Source of the DNA: Corallochytrium limacisporum Hawaii
Lineage: Eukaryota > Protista > Pluriformea
Direction: 5' to 3'
Assembly (NCBI GenBank): GCA_002811645.1
Contig: PDIP01000043.1
Coordinates: 257,480 to 293,273 of the forward strand
Length of the DNA stretch: 35,794 bases
Translations under genes and position numbers: made by a program
In this document: piece by piece, positions 28,144 to 35,794 of the stretch
How the letters are laid out: every line of letters starts with the position of its first letter
How positions within the stretch are numbered: the stretch's first letter is position 1
Notes under the pieces: model-generated
Database searches by the model: none
What the model saw: only the letters and a program-made list of their open reading frames with translations
What the model was told of the DNA's origin: nothing

Positions 28144-31100
28144 ATGACGAGTATTTTGAGATTCGTGAAAGGTCTGGACCTTTCCGGCCTAAACTTGGAA
28201 GATGGCTTGGCTGCCGAGTCCACTGAGAATATGCCAAACCTTCTATGGCTCCGCTTAAACAGAACTGGCTTGTCGGGGAAGTTACCTGAAAACCTTGGGA
28301 CTCTCATTAATCTTGAAAAACTGTCTGCAACCAGAAATGAGATTGAAGAGATTCCCCAGCAAATTTTTGATCTTCGGAATTTGACTTTGGTAAATCTCAA
28401 CGCAAACAAACTGAAGACCGTGCCAGAAGAATTGTTTGACCTCGAAGATCTACAGTCGCTGGATATTTCAAACAACGAGATCCAGGAGATCCCCGAAGCC
28501 ATTGCGGACGCCAAGGCACTTCGCGCATTTCAATGCCATAACAACAAACTCACAGAGCTGAATGGTAAGATAATCAGCGGGATTCGAAATGTGCTAGTAC
28601 TGGATGTGTCCTACAACAGAATCACAAAACTTCCGGCCGAAATGGGCTACATGAAAACCCTGCAATTTCTAAGCCTGAGTCACAATACGATTGAGAATTG
28701 CAAAGACCTACTTTGGCTCAAAGTGTATACAGATATGCGTGTACTGCGTCTCGCTGGAATCTCGAAGGGCGGAGAAGACCAGGGCCTGTTTGATGAGATC
28801 ATGAATGATGTGATTGTCAAGATGAAACTGTTGCGGGAACTAGACCTTTCCGGAAATGCAATGGAGACATATCCGAAGAATGTGAACAAGCTAAAGGAGT
28901 TGCGGCACTTGGATCTTTCGGACAACTGTTTACGCAAATTCCCCTGCAAATCCTCGGTCTGGAAGGAGCTTGTTTATCTTGATATCAGTGGCAACAAGCT
29001 CCAGACACTACCAGAAGCGGTCTGGAAATTGACCAGTCTCAGGCGGTTGAGTATTAGTTCCAACCCCTTAGGTGGCACTGCAATTTCACGGGGTGTCTCT
29101 TCCCTGATCAACCTGCAAGTGCTCTATGCGTCATCTATGGAACTACAGAGTCTTCCGATTGAAATTGAATATCTTGACCACATTCGGGACATCTACATCC
29201 AGGACAACATGATGAAAACTATTCCTCCGCATGTTTACTACAAGCCTGGATTGACGATCCACACAGAGGGCAACCCTGGGTTCTACAAGCCAGCTAAGCA
29301 GTCTCTCGAGCGCAAGAACCTCGATCCGATAGAAAGCATTGATTTCGTGAAGGCTGAAGCGCAAAGCAAGAAGCGCGGTGCGAAACCTGATCCCAAGGAA
29401 GACATTCCAGTCGACGCAAGGGCCAAGTTCAATCGTCCTCCTGGAATTGCGCGTGCAGGGTCTGAGGGCACGCTGGATTTTGCCGCACACAGTGACAATA
29501 CTCGTGTGAAGGTGGCTCGTCAAGATCAGGACCAGTGCGTGCCAGCTCCACCTCCAATGCCCGGGAAACCTCAAGTCAAGCCTGAAGTACAGACCGAAGA
29601 TCTCTTTGATGTCGATGCCGAGAGCTTGGGACTTTACGTGTGGAGAATTGAGGACTTCTCACCAGTCGAGATTGATGACGACCAACACGGTGTCTTTGCT
29701 AAGGGTGACTGCTATATTGTTCTGCAGATCTTCCCACCAGAGCGCGAAGGCGCTAGGGCTGACCATACGATTTATTTCTGGATCGGATCAGAGTCGTCGC
29801 TGGACAAGCAGGCCTCAGCCGCGATTCACTCCGTCAGTCTTCGCAACTATCTGAAGGCTTCTTGCAGCCCCAAACGTGTTGAGGAAGGTGATGAAGATGA
29901 TCACTTCCTTGTCATGTTCGATTTCAAGTTAAAAGTTGTTGAGGGAGGAACAGAGTCGGGATTGTATTCCATTGATGATGATGACATTCCGGCTACCCTC
30001 TATCTCTACATTGGTGGTATTTTCAACTGGGTGGAGCGCGTGCAAACTGACTCAAAGTCGTTGCACTCGGATGGCGTATTTCTGCTGGACGCGGGAAAGC
30101 ATATTTTTGTGTGGCAGGGTAAGGATGCCGGATATGTCCGTGCCCAGAAAGCACGTCTGCTAGCCGATAAGATCAACAAAGATGAGCGCAAGGGGGTCGC
30201 CGAAATCGAAATTATTCACCAGCGTGATGAACCGAGCCTGTTTTGGAATAAGTTTCCGGGCGGTAAAGCCAAGTACGGAAACGCCGCAGAGGCTGTCAAG
30301 ATCCAGCCCAAGGTTTATGAGATTGTAGTATCACCGGGTCGCATTGACTTTTATAACACCATCAATGTGGCCCCAGAGGGCATTTCCAAAGAGATTTTGG
30401 AAACTGAGAAAGTGATTGTGATTGACTGTGTAACGGACATCTATGTATGGATTGGAAAACGAGCAAAGCGCATCCATCGTGCAGCTGCTGGCAAGGTGTC
30501 TAAGGACCTTCTGGAAATCGGGAAACGCCCAAGTTGGGCAATGGTTCACCGGATCATCGAAAACAGTGAGCCTGCCATCTTCAAGACCAAGTTCAATGAC
30601 TGGAAGGAGGTCATCAAGGTGGACCACACATTTACCCGCAGCGATGCAGTCAAGCACGGATATGCTTCTGGGGCATTGGACTCGAATGTTAGCAAGGTGG
30701 ATATCGGCTCTCTTCTCATGAACCGGGCACTTCTGCCTGAGAATGCAGTCCATGTTATGATTGAGGCCATCGCGGAAGATATGGACTCTCTGCGACCGTT
30801 CGTACTGAATGGGAAGAGTTTCGCGGCATTACCAGAGGAAGAGGTTGGCCACTTCTACTCCCGCGACTGCTATGCTTTTCTTTATGTCTACTGGGCGGCG
30901 AGTCCTCACGAAGAGAGAGAGAATGAAGGGGAAGTCGTGGAACGAAAGCACTGTAAACTGTATTTCTGGGAGGGACGTGATGCGCCGCGCATGGGCTGGC
31001 TGACCTTCACATTCAGCTTCCAAGGAGAAATTGAGAAGAGTGCTCGAGCCACCTATGAAACAGATGTGAAGATCATTCGTGTCCACCAGCAAAGGGAGAC

Positions 31101-31815
31101 ATGCCCTTTCATGTCCATCTTCCGGAAGCGGCTGATCATCCATGATGGCTCGCGAAACAACATGGAGCAACATTCCACGAAGACCCGTCTATATCGCTAC
31201 ACGAGCAAAGAGTCCACGCTCTTCTACCGTGCCGTGCAGATTCCGCTCAAGACTAACGGCTTTAACACCAACGATGCCTACATTATTGTGCAGCCCGATG
31301 GCTGCTGGCTGTGGGTCGGTGAGAAGTTTGACGACGCAATGATTGAGGATGCGGAAGAAGTTGCGGCCAGTCTTAGCCAACACGAAGAAGGTGCCTTCCT
31401 GCTGGTCAGGCAGGGCGAAGAGAACGAGGAGTTCCTCGAAGACCTTCGTGAGATCTCTGGTAAGTTCAAAACGATTTCCACGACAACACATCGCATTTCC
31501 CGACTGTTCCGTTGCAGCGCAGACACTGGCGACTATGTCATTAATGAACTGCACCCAGACTTCTCTCAGGATGACCTGGTCGATGATGATGCCATGATTC
31601 TGGATTCCGGCAGCACCGATCTGTTTGTCTGGCTTGGTGGAGAAGTGGCTGACATTGAACGCCGCCTGGCTATCCGGGCGGCCAAGGAGTACAAGGCCCG
31701 AAACAAAGACAAGCGCCCTGACGGAATTACCATGTCGGTGGTGCACAAGGGTTTCGAACCGGAGGCGTTCACAGACTGCTTTGTCAGCTGGGGCGAGTTT
31801 GTGACCAAAAAGTAG
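28144..31815 (+). CDS. FLII: Flightless-I (LRR + six gelsolin repeats)
   Basis: Start MTSILRFVKGLDLSG parallels animal FLII. An LRR block is followed by gelsolin segments (LYVWRIEDF..GDCYI..WIG; GHFYSRDCY..FWEGR; RLFRCS..DFSQDDL). First ATG is at 28144. Confidence 0.93.
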   Translation: MTSILRFVKGLDLSGLNLEDGLAAESTENMPNLLWLRLNRTGLSGKLPENLGTLINLEKLSATRNEIEEIPQQIFDLRNLTLVNLNANKLKTVPEELFDLEDLQSLDISNNEIQEIPEAIADAKALRAFQCHNNKLTELNGKIISGIRNVLVLDVSYNRITKLPAEMGYMKTLQFLSLSHNTIENCKDLLWLKVYTDMRVLRLAGISKGGEDQGLFDEIMNDVIVKMKLLRELDLSGNAMETYPKNVNKLKELRHLDLSDNCLRKFPCKSSVWKELVYLDISGNKLQTLPEAVWKLTSLRRLSISSNPLGGTAISRGVSSLINLQVLYASSMELQSLPIEIEYLDHIRDIYIQDNMMKTIPPHVYYKPGLTIHTEGNPGFYKPAKQSLERKNLDPIESIDFVKAEAQSKKRGAKPDPKEDIPVDARAKFNRPPGIARAGSEGTLDFAAHSDNTRVKVARQDQDQCVPAPPPMPGKPQVKPEVQTEDLFDVDAESLGLYVWRIEDFSPVEIDDDQHGVFAKGDCYIVLQIFPPEREGARADHTIYFWIGSESSLDKQASAAIHSVSLRNYLKASCSPKRVEEGDEDDHFLVMFDFKLKVVEGGTESGLYSIDDDDIPATLYLYIGGIFNWVERVQTDSKSLHSDGVFLLDAGKHIFVWQGKDAGYVRAQKARLLADKINKDERKGVAEIEIIHQRDEPSLFWNKFPGGKAKYGNAAEAVKIQPKVYEIVVSPGRIDFYNTINVAPEGISKEILETEKVIVIDCVTDIYVWIGKRAKRIHRAAAGKVSKDLLEIGKRPSWAMVHRIIENSEPAIFKTKFNDWKEVIKVDHTFTRSDAVKHGYASGALDSNVSKVDIGSLLMNRALLPENAVHVMIEAIAEDMDSLRPFVLNGKSFAALPEEEVGHFYSRDCYAFLYVYWAASPHEERENEGEVVERKHCKLYFWEGRDAPRMGWLTFTFSFQGEIEKSARATYETDVKIIRVHQQRETCPFMSIFRKRLIIHDGSRNNMEQHSTKTRLYRYTSKESTLFYRAVQIPLKTNGFNTNDAYIIVQPDGCWLWVGEKFDDAMIEDAEEVAASLSQHEEGAFLLVRQGEENEEFLEDLREISGKFKTISTTTHRISRLFRCSADTGDYVINELHPDFSQDDLVDDDAMILDSGSTDLFVWLGGEVADIERRLAIRAAKEYKARNKDKRPDGITMSVVHKGFEPEAFTDCFVSWGEFVTKK

Positions 31816-32031
31816 GTGCTTGTGTTCTAAATACAGACGTTATTTCAATTTGAGATTTTAATAGGTATTTCTTGTAACAGCATGCGAAAAGACAATGTTG
31901 AAGGTATGAATTAAGGGGCTCTTCTGAAAGATTTCGAGGCCTGAGTGGTAATTGCGAAAGCAGACCAAAGAGAGCAACCCTCATTTACAATAAGAATGCG
32001 ACCTGGCTTTAAATTTTTAGAGGCAACCCGT

Positions 32032-32976
32032 CTATGACCGTGCAGTTTCTGTGGCCCGCGGACTTTCAAGGAAGATCTCCGGGACCACAATGTCAAAGAC
32101 ATCACCTGTGTCCGACATGAACTCATATGTACCCAACATGCTTCCGTAGGAAGTCGGCAGAGAGACCCGACTGGAATACCGGAAACCAGGGGACTCCTTG
32201 CTCAACCGCGGGAACTTGCCCACCACTCCACGGCCCTTGAAGGTCTCCGGGTTGTTTAGGCGGCCTGCCTGTCGAATTTCCCATGTTCTGTTCTGGAGAG
32301 TGACGGCTGGTCCACCCAGGTGCTCCATGTTTACAATGTAGTGCCATTCGTATACTGTGTTGATGGCATTCGTACTGTGGCTAAACAGCGGCATCATGGT
32401 GATCTTAACGTTCTCAGTGGTCATGGTGTGCACCCGACTGTATGCCAGCATATTCTTGAGATCCTTCTGGTATGTGTTGAGCTGTGCCGTGGGCTGAAAC
32501 TGCATTGGTTTTCCAACTTCCTTTACCGTGCTGAAAAATTTTGCAACTTTACCATTAGCAATCGGGTTCGGCTGGCTGGTAGTGTACGGCAGAATGTCCG
32601 CATGGGGAATACCTATTCCCGCAAGAATTGGGTCCAGCTCATTTCGCTTTTTAATATCATGGCGGTCCACTAGGGCACTGTAAATTGGTTTCTTGCGGCC
32701 TCGCTGGCGGGGTGGAACATGGTCAAGTTTTGCGCCTTCGAAAGACTCAAGCAGGATGGTGTCCGCAATGATTCCGCGGTATCCTAGGGTACGGTGGACA
32801 AACAGTGTACCCACATCGTACGGCTTGTCCTGCTGATCAATAAGCTGCCCGACCTCAATAAATTCTGCCGCCTCGGCACTCATGAAGCGCTTGGAAGCGT
32901 GCATGGCCATTGCAGCAGTGGGAGCTACGCTCCGACCCCCCAGAGCCGGGCGAGCACTACGGATCAGTGCCAGCAT
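32032..32976 (-). CDS. POLDIP2: POLDIP2/PDIP38 (YccV + ApaG domains) with mitochondrial presequence
   Basis: YccV-like GTLFVHRTLGYRGII, ApaG GRGVVG..P and GSMLGTY, and an Arg/Ala-rich N-terminus. Confidence 0.85.
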   Translation of the reverse strand: MLALIRSARPALGGRSVAPTAAMAMHASKRFMSAEAAEFIEVGQLIDQQDKPYDVGTLFVHRTLGYRGIIADTILLESFEGAKLDHVPPRQRGRKKPIYSALVDRHDIKKRNELDPILAGIGIPHADILPYTTSQPNPIANGKVAKFFSTVKEVGKPMQFQPTAQLNTYQKDLKNMLAYSRVHTMTTENVKITMMPLFSHSTNAINTVYEWHYIVNMEHLGGPAVTLQNRTWEIRQAGRLNNPETFKGRGVVGKFPRLSKESPGFRYSSRVSLPTSYGSMLGTYEFMSDTGDVFDIVVPEIFLESPRATETARS

Positions 32977-33621
32977 AGTTCTTTGTTCTGTTCAATTCTA
33001 TGGAGCGAATTTGTTCGCAAACCCTTTCTCGCTCTGTACCGCGAAATCCTTCAAATACCCCTGAGCGTGAGGACTGCTTTTATATTTTTCACCAAAAATA
33101 TTGTGGAAACCCTCAAACTTGCAAACTCCAGAGTGATGGAGGATGTCTCAAGTGTCGCTCAACTTTCATCAACTACGCAAAGTATTACCAGTACGCAGAG
33201 TAGGTGGGCATTCTTTTCTACCTCATTCGTGACTCCTACTGCGGAACATGACATTAGGCCCAGTTTTCCAAGGCCCCATACCACACCAGAGCGCGAACGA
33301 AAGCTGAACGATACATTCCAATTGGGTTTGGCAGTGGTTCCAAACACATAAAATGGAGTCCATTGTTCTCCAGAGACACGCAGCAACGCCACCGCCCCGG
33401 GGGAGGGGGGGGGACCAAATGAACGAATCCGAGGAAGGTTGCTCAAGGACACGCATAGGAAATAGTCCGGACCGCAAGAGCGCGATCCCCACCACTGTCA
33501 GCACCGGCCGTAGATGACGGAAAATTTTGCGGAGCGAGCGAGCGATCGAGACCCCCCCCCACGGAGAAGAGTGGCGAGAGAAGGGCCCAAAAAAAAAAAG
33601 AAGTGTTAAGACCGAAAGGGT

Positions 33622-33645
33622 GGTTGGTTGGTTGGTTGGTTGGTT
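33622..33645. repeat. (GGTT)6 tetranucleotide microsatellite
   Basis: Read directly from the sequence. Confidence 0.9.
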
Positions 33646-33783
33646 GTAACCCCACAGAAAAAATGTAATTGGACCGGAGGGCGGGCGAAAGAGGGAGACT
33701 CTCGACCTGGAGGGGTTTTGGGTACGGACCCACAAAAATAGTCTGTCTCATCTCCCTCCCCTCCTCCGCCCCCCTCCCCCCCT

Positions 33784-33826
33784 TCTCTCTCTCTCTCTCC
33801 GTCTCTCTCTCTCTCTCCGTGTGTGT
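33784..33826. repeat. Compound (CT)n(GT)n microsatellite, imperfect
   Basis: Read directly from the sequence. Confidence 0.85.
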
Positions 33827-34283
33827 AGCTCTGTGTCAGTTCTCCCGCCTGAAGGTGTTACATTTTCGTTTTAGCTTTCCACCGGCCCAAGAATGTACGC
33901 AGGGACACACCGACCCAAAATAAAAAAAGAAAGAAAAACCAGAGAGAGAGAGAGAGAGTGAGTGAGGAAGGCACGAAGGGAGGGAAGAGGGGAAACACCG
34001 TAGGGCCAAAAACGAAGGGGTGTGAGCGCATAGGTCGTGCTGAGATCTGTCTCGGAGATAGCCACCGTGGGGTCCAGCTGGGGCGGCTGTAACTCCATTA
34101 GGTACTCCGCCAAGGTCGTCCTACGCAACCCCATTTCCTTCTTTAGCACCCCTACCCTCACACACCACGCAACCAACTTTTTTTTTTTGGGCAAAATACT
34201 CTGGTGGTGGTGCTTGACAGATAGTGACTGGCCCGCTCCCCAACCCCATCCAAACTCGCGCACCCCCGAGAGACAGCGATATT

Positions 34284-34319
34284 GAGAGACGAGGAGAGAG
34301 ACGAGGAGAGAGAGAGAGA
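34284..34319. repeat. GA-rich repeat, (GAGAGACGAGGA)2 followed by (GA)n
   Basis: Read directly from the sequence. Confidence 0.8.
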
Positions 34320-35794
34320 ATATTAGGCCTGATACCGCCTCACCTTTCTATTTTCTAAGTACCACCATCACTTCCGCCAATTTCTGTTTTTTTTTTGCAT
34401 CTGAGGTGATCTGCTTGGCTGTCAACCCGTCGTGTGTGTTCCGATGCCTTAAATGCTTGTATAATCTCCCTTCTTGGCTGGTCACCATCGGGAAGAAAAA
34501 AATAAAGAAGCCGAGCTATGTCTGTCTCTCTCGCTTTACTCGTTAGGGAGTTTTCCTCCGTGGTCGAGTTCGCGTAGATCGGAGTAGTCGAGTGATAGTA
34601 CAGAGTGGGTATGGGTATGGAGGGCCCAAAATAAAAAAAAAATATTGCCGTGTGTGTATTTGTCAGTTAGAAATTCAGAAATTGGTCCTGCCGCCGCTCT
34701 CTTGTATGGGTGCAAGGAGGCCGACCTGAGTTCCCTTTTTTTGCTACTACCCTTACCTTACGTTGGTCTAGTACCGGGAGGGTGGCGGGCCTGGCTTGAC
34801 CACACTCGTTCGGGAACATCACGACAAGAACGGGACCCATAGCCAAAGAGACAAACCGAAAGGGAGTATTGAAAAAAAAGAAAGGAAAGATTCCTGGCTA
34901 GGTGGGCCCGCGGCGTGTAGTTGGTTCTCAAGTTTTCTTTCGATTCATAATTCGTGTGTGTTGTTTTTTTGGAAGGGGGGGGGTAAGGGGGCAGTGGTGG
35001 CCACATCGTCCGAACCACCGCGAGCCGCCCGTTTTAGGAGCTGACTCAGTCTCCCCGTCTCTCCACTCTCTCCTGACACCCCAAACACCGGCCCCCCCCT
35101 TCTCTCCTCCCTCTTCGGACCTTCGGAATATTCTGAGTATATTCAGTAGGGAATCTGTGTTTGGGCTCTTCCCCCTTCCCCCCCCCTCCCGCCCCCGGGT
35201 GCGGAACCTAGGCAAGTGGGAACCGGGGGAGAGAGAGAACAAACGAATAAGAAAGAAAAAAGCACGTACCCCCACTACTAGCCAATACGTCAACAACCGT
35301 CGCTAGGAACGGGGCGTGAGTTGGAAATGGCTGAACAGGCCATCCGCGCCCCCCCCCCCTTCCCTTACCGCAACTGCAAACCTCGCGGGGAGGGCGGGAT
35401 ATTGGACTCCGAAATATGGGTGCCCCTGCGGTAGTGTCACTATAGCAGAATAATGAATGGTATTTCGGACTGGCCTCGCTCCGTCCGCCAAGGGGTGTTC
35501 CTGAGGGGTGGGTGTGAGGGTGATCCGGTTGTTTTTCGATACTGGGCACTTTTCCCTTTTGCGGGAAAGGGAAGTAACTGTGAAAATATTCTCCGGAAGG
35601 AATTTCTATCCACGAAGGGGCTGTGTGCGGAAATATATGCAAAAACGACGAAACTCCGCCAGGCCAAATCGCGTCGCAATCGGGGACGGTGTCTCGGATC
35701 GAAAAACCCTTTCGACCCTGGGCAAGTTGCGAGACCCGACTGTCGTCATATTTCCACGTCCGGGCTTATGACCCAGGCCCAAGGCCCAAAGGGG

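Noticed and set aside
33622-33645. (GGTT)6 as an interstitial telomere
   Set aside because: Only 24 bp, embedded among other microsatellites, and not a TTAGGG-type unit.
32794-35771. Numerous 60-185 aa ORFs in the terminal region and antisense to real genes
   Set aside because: Mostly non-ATG starts, translations of simple repeats or shadows of real CDSs, with no recognisable motifs.

Overview
Gene-dense eukaryotic nuclear DNA with 17 complete protein-coding genes, and none of them is interrupted by a detectable intron, including a 3.4-kb telomerase reverse transcriptase (TERT) and a 3.7-kb Flightless-I. In order they are: 4HBT thioesterase(+), fumarase(-), Gep4-type PGP phosphatase(+), SUV3(-), ELP3(+), TERT(-), non-class-I eIF4E(-), a disordered orphan(+), an ankyrin-discoidin-SAM protein(+), riboflavin synthase(-), a syntaxin-8-like SNARE(-), a tail-anchored inositol 5-phosphatase(+), ERp44(-), PCMT/PIMT(-), ERCC1(-), Flightless-I(+) and POLDIP2(-). 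About 2.8 kb of low-complexity non-coding DNA follows. Animal-type genes (ERp44, FLII, POLDIP2) sit beside genes animals lack (riboflavin synthase, Gep4). Together with the absence of introns, this points to an intron-poor unicellular holozoan such as Corallochytrium (inference, not verified). The most interesting unexplained signals are: (i) a ~500-nt highly foldable stretch ending in a perfect Sm site in an oversized intergenic gap, a candidate unannotated ncRNA that could be an Sm-type telomerase RNA or snRNA-like RNA, although no TTAGGG template is visible; (ii) a triple-hairpin/pseudoknot element at 223-349; (iii) a TERT with an N-terminal extension starting with an N-myristoylation consensus; (iv) E. 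coli-type fumarase and riboflavin synthase (HGT candidates); (v) convergent gene pairs only 26-91 bp apart. All RNA structures were paired by eye, and all homology calls are from motif recognition without database searches.
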